The notes under the pieces: model-generated
Database searches by the model: none
What the model was told of the DNA's origin: nothing
What the model saw: the letters and a program-made list of their open reading frames with translations, nothing else
IMG/VR virus record: IMGVR_UViG_3300017971_000287
Direction: 5' to 3' (one strand)
DNA from: a virus
DNA length: 64,000 nucleotides
Shown: positions 27,423 through 35,851 of the stretch, piece by piece
Numbering within the stretch: the first letter of the stretch is position 1
Layout of the letters: each line of letters opens with the position of its first letter
Program-made: the position numbers and the translations under genes

Positions 27423-27844
27423 TTCGCACCTCCCTTCCGCCGATGCTCGGCACAAACGACACGGCCAGTACCCCGAATCAACTGCCCGTCAATTCCGTTC
27501 TCTTTACAGACTCCGCAAATCACTTCCCCTGCCCAACACGATCCGCAGTACATACAATCCGGGTGCGTCTTGGGTTCTCGGCAGCGACACTTCTTTTTTG
27601 CCGTCTGCTTCTTCGCTGGCTTCTGAGGTTTCTGGTTACGGCGGAAGTCATCGCCATCAGTTTCATCAAACACTTCCCATTTGTCGCCGAACCAACCGTA
27701 TTGCTCCACTAGTAGACACACATCGTTGTCGAAGAGCACAAGGGCTTCACCGTCTTGCATAATCGTGTCTACGATCTTGGCATTCGGTTGTCCCATCTCT
27801 TCGCGCATGTAACGGACAGCTTCGGTTCGCATTGTGTTACTCAT
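27419..27844 (-). CDS. First gene of the leftward operon; Cys-rich C-terminal Zn-finger-like domain
   Basis: GGAG SD before ATG 27844; CRC...CMYCGSC...ICGVC...CAEH. Confidence 0.65.
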   Translation of the reverse strand: MSNTMRTEAVRYMREEMGQPNAKIVDTIMQDGEALVLFDNDVCLLVEQYGWFGDKWEVFDETDGDDFRRNQKPQKPAKKQTAKKKCRCREPKTHPDCMYCGSCWAGEVICGVCKENGIDGQLIRGTGRVVCAEHRRKGGAK

Positions 27845-27859
27845 CGTACTTCTCCAAAA

Positions 27860-27912
27860 AGGGTTTCGTAAAGGTAACTCATCAGAGCGGGGTACCAATC
27901 CCCGCTGACCCT
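27860..27912 (-). ncRNA. Type III hammerhead ribozyme
   Basis: Minus-strand RNA AGGGUC^AGCGGGG-AUUGGUA-CCCCGCU-CUGAUGA-GU-UACCUUU-AC-GAAA-CCCU: intact CUGAUGA and GAAA core, GUC cleavage triplet, 7-bp stem I, short stem II, 5-bp stem III, loop I GGUA complementary to loop II UACC. Confidence 0.85.
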
Positions 27913-27962
27913 GCGATTGTCTCGGCTACCTTTGGTAGGGCATGCGGAGACAATCGTTGAGT

Positions 27963-28098
27963 GTCTTATCCGGTTTGATTCGCTCGAATGCGTCCAACTA
28001 CCCTTCGCATCATTCGTTTGTGTGTCGTTCGACTAGAATGACCCGCGTAAAATCCTGCGGTAGGTCAGGGCGATAGCAGAGGACTACCGGATGAGAGC
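27963..28098 (+). ncRNA. Unassigned multibranch structured RNA candidate
   Basis: 11-bp closing helix TCTTATCCGGT/ACCGGATGAGA enclosing further helices (TCGCT/GGCGA, CGAATG/CATTCG, TGACC/GGTCA); non-WC pairs read as G-U on + but C-A on -. Confidence 0.4.
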
Positions 28099-28325
28099 TA
28101 AAAGCCAGACCGTTATCGTCTAACTTTTCGTTTCTTCTTTCCCGTTCTCTTTAGAGAGCTAAGGGGGTTGCGTCTGGCGTTTTTGTCTTCTTACAGGGTA
28201 CTAGGTCGGTCAACCTGTTTTCGCCTGTCGCGGGTCCAAAAACGTTCCCTTCTTCCGCAAGCCGTTCAAGTTATCAAAGAGCGTAATTCAACTACGTATA
28301 ATATAAGGTATTATCGGGACAGAGT

Positions 28326-28407
28326 AAATAGGCGGGGGGGCCTATTTCCGAGTTTTTTTGGAAATAATCGGGGGCGATTATATAAACCCTTATAGGATAA
28401 GGGTTTA
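28326..28407. repeat. Cluster of back-to-back short palindromes
   Basis: AAATAGGC/GCCTATTT, TTTCC/GGAAA, ATAATCG/CGATTAT, TAAACCCTTA/TAAGGGTTTA, followed by T-tracts. Confidence 0.7.
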
Positions 28408-28509
28408 CGTCGAAAAGTTTTTTTGATTTTTGGGGAATTTTTGGCCTTTTTCGGCCTGTTTTCGGAGTAAAAAGGGGCTAAAAATCGGTCGGACCGGAGA
28501 ATTCCAACG

Positions 28510-28565
28510 AAAAAGGCGGGTATTCCCGGCAAAAGAGGATTGATCCAGGAATACCCGCCCAAAAA
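28510..28565 (-). terminator. Rho-independent terminator downstream of the ParB-like gene
   Basis: 12-bp stem GGCGGGTATTCC (28515-28526) / GGAATACCCGCC (28548-28559) flanked by A5 runs, giving a U tail on the minus strand. Confidence 0.75.
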
Positions 28566-28591
28566 GCAAAAGTAATACACGGCCGTATAGG

Positions 28592-30016
28592 TTAGGCCGC
28601 TATAGGCTGCTTATTGCGTAAGTGGGTCACAGCGACTGGTTTGACGTTACCTGCCCCTTGGAACCCTTGCGATACTTTTATCTCAGCAGACTTATCTTTC
28701 AAGGATAAGACTCTTCCCTGCCAAGGCTCATCTACTCCGTTTACAACCCAGACAAGTTTACCTTTGAGCTTAGTAGGAGCCTTTGTTGTTGTCTTAGTGG
28801 ACTTACTCTTTTTGGAGGAGGGTCTGGTTGACGCCTTGCGCTGTTCTCGTCTTTTGCGGATAGCTCTTTTCTCTTTTTCAACCTGTTCGCTTTGGAACTC
28901 CTCATTCTTGGCAGCGTCACCTAAGTCAATTCCCCCCACTGTGGGTATCTCAGAGAGAACCGGCCAGCCGTCCTTTTCAACAAACTTGAGAGCAATACCC
29001 TCTTTGGTAATCTGCTTTTCGCGAATATAGAGATTCCACGCTTTTGCAATAACAGAGGTACGAACAAGAACCGAATCACCACCGTCGTCGATGATCTTCT
29101 GGAGAGAATACTTGATAGGAGACACTTCATCAGCATCGTTTGCTAACAACACGAAGAAGTCACAAGCGGCATCCCAGTTTTTCCAACTTAGATGTTTTTC
29201 ATCTTGTTCCTTCCGGTACTTTGTTGGATTGGTAGAAGAACAACCCATGAGGTAGAGCATCCCACAAGCATAGCCTGTTCTCAACAGCCGTCCAATCTTT
29301 CCTTCCTTGTCATTCTCGGCATGGATATGTTGAGCAGCCTCAAGAATCTTTGGATGGTTGTCTCCAAAGGCAATCAGTTCTGGGTGAGTGTCTTTGAGAC
29401 CAGGATGAAACGCTTTTACATACCCAGTACGGTACCAGATGTGCTTTACGCCATAGCTAAGAATACCTGCTAGGTCTTTCCGTTCTTTAGGCCTGATCTT
29501 TTGGAGTAGATCAGACCGAAAGTAAACGTCAGTTAGGGATCGGGGTTTACAAGTATCCATAGTATTGACTGTTGTGTCATCTTCTTCCACCCCATAAACA
29601 ATGGCAGTAGAAATGGTTGGTGAAGAGGACCATTCAGGGTAAGCATTAGGGTCTTTTTCGTATGCTTGGTTTGCGAGGACAAGGGCGATAAGGGTATGTT
29701 GCCCGTTTAGAACTAATCCTGTTTTACCAATGATGCGTGTCTCTCCATTAAAGCACCATCGGCCACGTAGAATCTCCTGTTGAAGCTTTTCAACGTTTGA
29801 AAGGTACAAAGGACGATTACGAATGTTGTTGATGCAGCGCACTTTCTTTTGGTACAAGTCTTTTAGAAGAAAGTCTGTTCCAAAAGTAGAGTTGCCCTCT
29901 TCAGTCCACCCTAGTAGCTTTTTGGCTAACCCAATGTCTAGTCTTTGTACAAACTCTGCCTTAGGTTTGTACGACACAACACGATGCTTGGCCTTCCGTT
30001 GCTGCTTCTTGACCAT
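28592..30016 (-). CDS. ParB/Srx-like (DGQHR-type) domain protein with Lys-rich linker and C-terminal SH3/Tudor-like domain
   Basis: NVEKLQQEILRGRWCFNGETRIIGKTGLVLNGQHTLIA; GGAG SD before ATG 30016. Confidence 0.65.
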   Translation of the reverse strand: MVKKQQRKAKHRVVSYKPKAEFVQRLDIGLAKKLLGWTEEGNSTFGTDFLLKDLYQKKVRCINNIRNRPLYLSNVEKLQQEILRGRWCFNGETRIIGKTGLVLNGQHTLIALVLANQAYEKDPNAYPEWSSSPTISTAIVYGVEEDDTTVNTMDTCKPRSLTDVYFRSDLLQKIRPKERKDLAGILSYGVKHIWYRTGYVKAFHPGLKDTHPELIAFGDNHPKILEAAQHIHAENDKEGKIGRLLRTGYACGMLYLMGCSSTNPTKYRKEQDEKHLSWKNWDAACDFFVLLANDADEVSPIKYSLQKIIDDGGDSVLVRTSVIAKAWNLYIREKQITKEGIALKFVEKDGWPVLSEIPTVGGIDLGDAAKNEEFQSEQVEKEKRAIRKRREQRKASTRPSSKKSKSTKTTTKAPTKLKGKLVWVVNGVDEPWQGRVLSLKDKSAEIKVSQGFQGAGNVKPVAVTHLRNKQPIAA

Positions 30017-30175
30017 ACTACAGGCTCCCAATCTAAAAAGTAGTAGCATCTCTCATGACATCGTCACATGCCGAGCCACCGGATGCTCGAAACCTTTATA
30101 GCGTTTTACTCTTTCAGAGTAAACCCCGATTTTCTCTACTACTACTACGGTAGTAGTCGGTAGTAGACTTTCCCG

Positions 30176-30209
30176 AGTATAATTATACTAGATCGAGGCT
30201 AACGAGCAA
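30176..30209 (-). promoter_or_regulatory. Candidate sigma70-like promoter with a palindromic -10 element
   Basis: AGTATAATTATACT palindrome (30176-30189) gives TATAAT on both strands; TTGCTC 16 bp upstream on the minus strand. Confidence 0.45.
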
Positions 30210-30263
30210 AGGGGGGAGCGTTTCCGCCGTTTCCGCCGTATTTTCTACCGGGTTTTACGCTAC

Positions 30264-30306
30264 TAGATAAAAGGTTTACTCCCCCTTAGATAAAAGGTTT
30301 ACTCCC
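30264..30306. repeat. 20-bp direct repeat TAGATAAAAGGTTTACTCCC x2
   Basis: Copies at 30264-30283 and 30287-30306. Confidence 0.9.
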
Positions 30307-30362
30307 AGAGGCAAAAACGCTATAAAGGTTTCGGGCGTTAGAAGGAAAAGGCAAGGCAAGGC

Positions 30363-30671
30363 ATGGCTAAACGCAAACGAAGAAAACCACCAAAGGCTAG
30401 ACTGGTAAAACGATTGGTGCCTGAACCAGGTACTTGGGAAAATAAAATACCGGCTGGTATGCCTGACCTCCCCAAAGCCAAACCCGTCAAAGCAACAGCA
30501 CCTAAGTTGACCGGCAGAGAAGTCTATGACAAAGTACAGGAGGATGGACTAGGCCACTGTATTTATGACCTTATCCCTGCGGATAAGATAAGCGACAAAA
30601 GACTAAGGATTCTTTGGAAAAAAGCACGCTTATCGTTGCGTGCTGTAGTAGATTGTTTGGAGGAACAGTAG
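30363..30671 (+). CDS. Hypothetical basic protein
   Basis: First ORF of the rightward replication operon, 102 aa. Confidence 0.6.
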   Translation: MAKRKRRKPPKARLVKRLVPEPGTWENKIPAGMPDLPKAKPVKATAPKLTGREVYDKVQEDGLGHCIYDLIPADKISDKRLRILWKKARLSLRAVVDCLEEQ

Positions 30672-30673
30672 CA

Positions 30674-30868
30674 ATGGGTAATTACAAGTATCCGTGGGAC
30701 AAGTGGTTTGCGAGAACCAAACGGTTCAAACTGAAAAGAGGCAGAGATTACGCCTGCATGACCCACGCTATGGCTCAGCAAATCAGAGATACCGCATCAG
30801 TTAGGGGTGTTTTTGTAAGCATCCAAATCAATGAAGACGACTCCCTGTGGGTAAAGGTATTCAAATGA
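30674..30868 (+). CDS. Small putative DNA-binding protein
   Basis: MGNYKYPWDKWF...; ATG 30674 two bases after the upstream stop. Confidence 0.55.
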   Translation: MGNYKYPWDKWFARTKRFKLKRGRDYACMTHAMAQQIRDTASVRGVFVSIQINEDDSLWVKVFK

Positions 30869-31383
30869 ACAAGCGCACCACTTACATAGGCATCGACCCA
30901 GGCAGAGGAGGAGGGGCTGCTGCTATAACTACTCATGAAATCAAAGTACTGCCTTTTCAACGTGTTTCTGAGGCTCGCATTATCAGTTGGATGGCATCTG
31001 TCTCCGCACGCCCTTACTGTACTAACAGATGTACTATCGGCTTGGAAAAAGTGCAGACACACCAGGCCAGTGGTCGGGTCAGTGCCTTCCACTTTGGAGA
31101 CTCCTACGGCTTTTTAAGAGGCGTTATCAACACACTCGCCCTTACTTTGCGAGATTCACCAACCATTTTAGCCGTTTTACCCCAGAAATGGCAGCAGGGT
31201 TTGGCAATCAATCCAAGAAAAGTAAAGACGGGAGAGACAAAGGCACAGTATAAGAAGAGACTATTGAGATGTGCCAAAGATACTTTTCCTGATTTGACTG
31301 TGTGGAAGGAGACGATGTGGTATCAACAGGGGGTGTGTGACGCTCTGTTAATCGCTCATTATTTACAAGTCAGTAGCAACTAG
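30865..31383 (+). CDS. RuvC-like Holliday junction resolvase
   Basis: YIGIDPGRGGG, LEKV, FGDSYG, PQKWQ, DALLIA. Confidence 0.85.
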   Translation: MNKRTTYIGIDPGRGGGAAAITTHEIKVLPFQRVSEARIISWMASVSARPYCTNRCTIGLEKVQTHQASGRVSAFHFGDSYGFLRGVINTLALTLRDSPTILAVLPQKWQQGLAINPRKVKTGETKAQYKKRLLRCAKDTFPDLTVWKETMWYQQGVCDALLIAHYLQVSSN

Positions 31384-31392
31384 TACGAAGGT

Positions 31393-31974
31393 GTGCTTTC
31401 TATGCGAAACAAACGAAACAAACCTCTGAAAAAGTATAGAGACCACAAAAGGCAGTGGGCTAATTGTAGCGAGTGTAAGCTTTGCCAATTTCGTTCTCAA
31501 ATTGTACTGTATAGAGGACGCCTTCCTTGCCAAGTATTGTTTGTTGGAGAAGCACCTGGAGTGTCTGAAAATCTTTTTGGTGTTCCTTTTTATGGTCCTG
31601 CTGGAAAACTGTTGGATAAAATTATTGCAAAGGCATGGGCAGGTTTGTCTGTCAGTTGGGGGTTTACAAACCTTGTTGCCTGTTTACCAAAGGAGAGTAA
31701 AGAGAAGGGTAAAGAGCCACCCTTATGGGCAATCCAAGCGTGTAAAAAACGCTTGCAGCAAATAGTTATGCTGGCTCAACCAAAAGGGGTTGTTTGTGTG
31801 GGCGCTTTGGCAGAAAAACATTTTCAACCACCGAAAGGGGCAAAGCATGCGTCAATAGTTCACCCAGCAGCTATCTTACGTGCAGACGTTTCACAAAAAG
31901 GATTAGCAGTACAACAAGCTGTTGGAACTGTTTTTGACTTAGCTCGCAGGTTAGGGATAACTGCTAAAGTGTAA
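31393..31974 (+). CDS. Family-4 uracil-DNA glycosylase (Fe-S type)
   Basis: CSECKLC, FVGEAPG, PFYGPAGKLLD, TNLVAC, HPAA. Confidence 0.9.
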   Translation: MLSMRNKRNKPLKKYRDHKRQWANCSECKLCQFRSQIVLYRGRLPCQVLFVGEAPGVSENLFGVPFYGPAGKLLDKIIAKAWAGLSVSWGFTNLVACLPKESKEKGKEPPLWAIQACKKRLQQIVMLAQPKGVVCVGALAEKHFQPPKGAKHASIVHPAAILRADVSQKGLAVQQAVGTVFDLARRLGITAKV

Positions 31975-32078
31975 GGCATTCTAGACTCTTGCAGTGGTGC
32001 GACACTTTGCTAGGATGGCTTTTGACGAGAATCAGAGTGTCGCCCACTGCTTTTTTCTTTCATTTTCAGGAGAACACA

Positions 32079-33191
32079 ATGGGTACATTAAAGCAAAAGT
32101 TGAAGGGTGCTAAACGCACTAAGCCAGGAAGAAACGGAATACCTTTGTGGAAAGGCCCAAAACAAGATGGAATTACACAATCGTTGCTTAGTGCCTTTTT
32201 ATTCTGCAGAGAGCGGTTTCGTTTGCAAACAATTGAAGGCTGGAAGAAACCTCCTCAATTCGAACATATGTTAGAGTACGGACAGATGTTCCATTGTTGT
32301 GAAGACAGCAGACGTAGTGGCGGTGATTGGAAAAAAGCTTTACTAGCCTATTGTAAAAAGTTGATAAAGAAGTATCCTCTTCAACAAGAGCAGGTTGCTC
32401 ATTGGCATCGTGTCTGTGCCCTTCAGTACCCACATTACGTTGAATATTGGAAACGACATGAAAGCAGAAAGAAGAGGGTATCACTCTGTCAAGAAAAGGT
32501 TTTCAGCGTGCCTTACTACTTGCCTAGTGGCAATACCGTTCTACTACGGGGCAAATGGGATGAAATTGTTTTTACAGGCAAGCAATTGTTGCTTGGGGAG
32601 AATAAGACCAAAGGAACGATTGACGAACAACAACTCAAAACACAATTGAAGTTTGATCTCCAAACTATGTTTTATCTGGTAGCCCTCAAAACTAGGCTTG
32701 ACGAGGACAATGCAAGTAATTCCCTTTTGGGAAGAGACTATGGGCAAGTTAGAGGCATTGTGTACAATGTGGTACGCAGGCCATTGAGTGGAGGAAAGGG
32801 TACCATCAAGCAATTAAAGAATGAAACCAGAAGTGAGTATTACCAACGTGTAGCTACTTACTTTGAAGAGGAGCCTGAACGGTACTTTTACCGTTGGGAA
32901 GTTACCGTGTTACAAGAGGATGTTGAGGCTTTTGAAAAAACCTTTTTGGTGCCAGTACTAGAAAGCCTTTGCGAATGGTATGAATGGGTAGCTCCTGTTT
33001 CCAAAGGAACAATAAGGGGAATCAATCCTGCTCCTTGGAATAATCCGATCCATTGGCGTACCCCTTTTGGCACATGGAATCCCCTTTCATCCCGAGGAGG
33101 AGGAGCAACCGTTTTTGACAATATGTTAGAGTCAGGAAGCACCCTGGACGTAGTGCAAGCAGATTCTCTTTTTAGAGAATTAGAGAACTAG
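32079..33191 (+). CDS. PD-(D/E)XK exonuclease (Cas4/RecB-like phage recombination nuclease)
   Basis: TQSLLSAFLFCRERF, LRGKWDEI..LLGENKT, Q..FY; AGGAG SD, ATG 32079. Confidence 0.75.
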   Translation: MGTLKQKLKGAKRTKPGRNGIPLWKGPKQDGITQSLLSAFLFCRERFRLQTIEGWKKPPQFEHMLEYGQMFHCCEDSRRSGGDWKKALLAYCKKLIKKYPLQQEQVAHWHRVCALQYPHYVEYWKRHESRKKRVSLCQEKVFSVPYYLPSGNTVLLRGKWDEIVFTGKQLLLGENKTKGTIDEQQLKTQLKFDLQTMFYLVALKTRLDEDNASNSLLGRDYGQVRGIVYNVVRRPLSGGKGTIKQLKNETRSEYYQRVATYFEEEPERYFYRWEVTVLQEDVEAFEKTFLVPVLESLCEWYEWVAPVSKGTIRGINPAPWNNPIHWRTPFGTWNPLSSRGGGATVFDNMLESGSTLDVVQADSLFRELEN

Positions 33192-33242
33192 CGAAATAAT
33201 AGAGTCGAGGTATAATAGAGTCTACTAAAAAGGGAAGCACGG

Positions 33243-33461
33243 ATGTTATATCAGTTGCATCATCAACATCGTAATGGTCTAACTGATTTTCTTGCTCAGA
33301 CAAAGATTGCTGATGTTCTTCCTTGTACTGCACAACGAAAGATTTTAACAGAATGGGTCCTGCGAATGCAGATCAGGCATCCTTTACCCGCTAATTGTTC
33401 GTGGTTGCTATGCAAACAATCTGATCCTCAATTCATGGTTTGTTCTAGGAAGGAAAACTAG
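33243..33461 (+). CDS. Small hypothetical protein
   Basis: 72 aa with GGGA SD between the nuclease and the NTPase. Confidence 0.45.
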   Translation: MLYQLHHQHRNGLTDFLAQTKIADVLPCTAQRKILTEWVLRMQIRHPLPANCSWLLCKQSDPQFMVCSRKEN

Positions 33462-33464
33462 GTT

Positions 33465-34328
33465 ATGGTCAAAGTGCGCAAACAAACTGCAAGACGAAAG
33501 ACAAAACGAGCAACAAAAGCAACCCGTGTAATGACAAAAGTAAGCCCAATTGGTTTTGAAAAAGACCAAGGTATCAGTATCAACATCTTTGGCCGTAGTG
33601 GGTCGGGCAAAACAACTCTGTGGAGCACTTTTCCGGGAAAGATTATTGTTATGCTTGCTAGTGGCGGGCGGAACACAGGAGAACTACGTTCAATTGATAC
33701 TGCGGCCAACCGAAAAAAGATTGACCAAGTGGTGTTAGCAGAGAGCGTTGAGCTAGTTGATGTGTGTAAGCATGTACAAAGGAAGGGAGGATATCAAACA
33801 GTCGTATTGGAGCATGCTACGGGTCTTCAAGAGTTGGTACTCAAAGAGATACTAGGCATAGATGAGATACCTGCTCAAATGTCTTGGGGTATTGCAAAGC
33901 GAGAACAGTGGGGCCAGTGCACCCTACAGATGAAAGAATTGCTTCGTCAATTATTAGACTTGATGTGCAACGTTGTGGTAGTTGCTCAGGAGCGAGAATT
34001 CAAGTCAGATGACGATGAGGAAGAAGCACTACTGCTTCCACGGGTAGGCTCTGCACTGGCTCCTTCTGTGACAGGGTGGGTAAACTACTCTTGTGACTAC
34101 GTTGTTCAAACGTTTGTGCGAGCAAAAAGGAACAAGAAGGTAATCAAGGTCGGTAAGAAAAAAGTGGAGCGGTTAGTGAAAGGGGCAGGAGTAGAGTACT
34201 GTGTCCGAGTTGGACCCAGTGAGGTTTACATGACAAAGTTCAGAAACCCAAGAACAGACAAACCGATGGAAGAAGTCATGGTTGATGGTAGTTACCAGAA
34301 AATCATGAAGCTGATTCAACGTAAGTAA
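33465..34328 (+). CDS. AAA_24 / Sak4-like P-loop NTPase
   Basis: FGRSGSGKTT, VVVAQE, downstream of the exonuclease and upstream of SSB. Confidence 0.8.
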   Translation: MVKVRKQTARRKTKRATKATRVMTKVSPIGFEKDQGISINIFGRSGSGKTTLWSTFPGKIIVMLASGGRNTGELRSIDTAANRKKIDQVVLAESVELVDVCKHVQRKGGYQTVVLEHATGLQELVLKEILGIDEIPAQMSWGIAKREQWGQCTLQMKELLRQLLDLMCNVVVVAQEREFKSDDDEEEALLLPRVGSALAPSVTGWVNYSCDYVVQTFVRAKRNKKVIKVGKKKVERLVKGAGVEYCVRVGPSEVYMTKFRNPRTDKPMEEVMVDGSYQKIMKLIQRK

Positions 34329-34364
34329 CTATTTTTTGTATCTTGTTTCTCAAGGAGAACACTT

Positions 34365-35417
34365 ATGGCTAAGCGTAAAAAAAGCAGTTTGTTCAGTGTG
34401 GTAGGTAAGGCTGGAGTAAAAGCCTTTAACACACACAAAGAAGATGCTACTACGGTTGCTGGGGGTGATCTGCCTCCAGGTATTGAGAATGGTATTGCCC
34501 GTTTAACGGAGTGTAAATTTGACACGTTCAAAAAGGGAGACTTCCAGGGAGAATACTACTTTATTGCTTCTGGCGTAGTGCTGTCTCCTGAAGCGGTGGA
34601 TGGAATCCCTGTAAAAGGATTGCACACCCGGATTGGACCTGAGCCTATCTGTGACACCCCTGATCGCAGTCGTGAGTCTCTTGACGAACACCTAGCTTGG
34701 GTACTGAACCAACTACGATTGCTAGGATGTGAGACAAAAGACCTTGACTTTGAAGACCTTGAAGAAACTGTGTCTGTCTTAAAAGAGGCAGCACCAACTT
34801 TCCGTTTCCGAACGTGGAAAGGAGAACCCACTAAGGCTTGGCCCAACCCGCGTGTTAACAACCAGTGGAACGGTATTGTTGATTGGGACGATGCCACTGA
34901 TCCTGATTCGGAAGTTGAAGAAGTTGAAGAAGATGAAGAAGATGAATCCCTTGCAGAATTGGGAGAAGCTGCCGATGGAGGAGATTCTGATGCCGAGACA
35001 AGTCTGACTAAAAAAGCTGAAGAAGCAGGAATAGACCCTGACGAATACACCACGTGGACTAGTCTTGCGTCTGCTATTGAGCTTGCATCTGAAGAAGAGG
35101 ACGAAGAAGAGGACGAAGAAGAGGAAGAGGAAGAGGAAGAGGAGGAGGAGGAAGACACCGATGAAGAAGATGAGGATGAGGATGAGGATGAAGAAGAAGA
35201 AGAAGAAGAGGAAGAAGACGATGATGATGAAGATGCTGAAGAAGAACCACCGGAGAAAGGTGACGTGTATTACTTCAAGCCTCCCAAAGCAAGGAAGAAA
35301 ATTGAAGTGACAGTGACTGCTGTGTTTGCAGGAAAGGAAACCTGCAACGTGAAGTCATTGGATGATGGAAAGGTCTACAAGAAGGTAGCCTGGGATAAGC
35401 TTAGCACGGAAGAGTAA
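34365..35417 (+). CDS. Putative single-stranded DNA-binding protein with a long acidic tract and C-terminal SH3-like domain
   Basis: Position in exo-Sak4-SSB triad; near-continuous D/E tract of about 50 residues encoded at about 35090-35250; ends EKGDVYYF...VYKKVAWDKL. Confidence 0.6.
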   Translation: MAKRKKSSLFSVVGKAGVKAFNTHKEDATTVAGGDLPPGIENGIARLTECKFDTFKKGDFQGEYYFIASGVVLSPEAVDGIPVKGLHTRIGPEPICDTPDRSRESLDEHLAWVLNQLRLLGCETKDLDFEDLEETVSVLKEAAPTFRFRTWKGEPTKAWPNPRVNNQWNGIVDWDDATDPDSEVEEVEEDEEDESLAELGEAADGGDSDAETSLTKKAEEAGIDPDEYTTWTSLASAIELASEEEDEEEDEEEEEEEEEEEEEDTDEEDEDEDEDEEEEEEEEEDDDDEDAEEEPPEKGDVYYFKPPKARKKIEVTVTAVFAGKETCNVKSLDDGKVYKKVAWDKLSTEE

Positions 35418-35502
35418 TTCATGTTTCCTTGGAACCCCCTTCCCTGGCGTTGGTTCTCCGGCAATGTTGGGGGAGGGGTATATTTATAAAAGGAGTACAA
35501 AT

Positions 35503-35751
35503 ATGAAAGCAGCCTTCAAAGCTATTTCATTGAAACAGCAAGGGCCTATTGTTACCCGTGGGAATACAAGTGGAGTTTCTTTGGACCTCACTCCTCTTCT
35601 TACTTTCTTGACGGATTTGGGAAACCGATTCATTACAATGACTCCGGTAAACCCTGCAGTGTTTTTAGTGTTCTATTGGGATGGGATAGATGGTGAAGAA
35701 AGCCAAGTATCAAATCTGCCCGCAGTGCCAGAAGAAACACCTAAAGAATAA
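35503..35751 (+). CDS. Hypothetical protein
   Basis: AAGGAG SD before ATG 35503. Confidence 0.55.
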   Translation: MKAAFKAISLKQQGPIVTRGNTSGVSLDLTPLLTFLTDLGNRFITMTPVNPAVFLVFYWDGIDGEESQVSNLPAVPEETPKE

Positions 35752-35851
35752 GCCTTGTCCTACTTGCTATTCTGTCTGTGTCGCTTGCGGAGGCACTGGA
35801 TTAAATAGTAAGGGAGACAAGTGTGCTTGTTGTCTAAGGCAGGGAAAATAA

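Larger units (their letters stand above)
30088..30333. repeat. Perfect 20-bp inverted repeat bracketing a divergent control region
   Basis: CGAAACCTTTATAGCGTTTT (30088-30107) and AAAACGCTATAAAGGTTTCG (30314-30333). Confidence 0.9.

Noticed and set aside
28020-28040. GTTCGA T-loop-like motif suggesting a tRNA
   Set aside because: No T-stem, acceptor stem or cloverleaf; no tRNA found by eye in the window
27961-28100. SAM-I riboswitch-like ends (CUUAUC ... GAUGAG)
   Set aside because: Only the P1-like ends match; the internal SAM-I core (kink-turn P2, GCAACC, GUGC) is absent
20085-30306. Possible CRISPR array from the direct repeats at 20085 and 30264
   Set aside because: Only two copies each with 3-4-nt gaps; no spacers
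32079-33191. Cas4 / CRISPR adaptation gene
   Set aside because: Context is exonuclease-Sak4-SSB recombination module; no cas genes or array
34556-35158. 200-aa minus-strand ORF with poly-Ser
   Set aside because: Antisense shadow of the GAA/GAT acidic tract in the SSB-like gene
35435-35485. Terminator after the SSB-like gene
   Set aside because: Stem relies on G-U pairs with a long loop and weak U-tract; too uncertain to call
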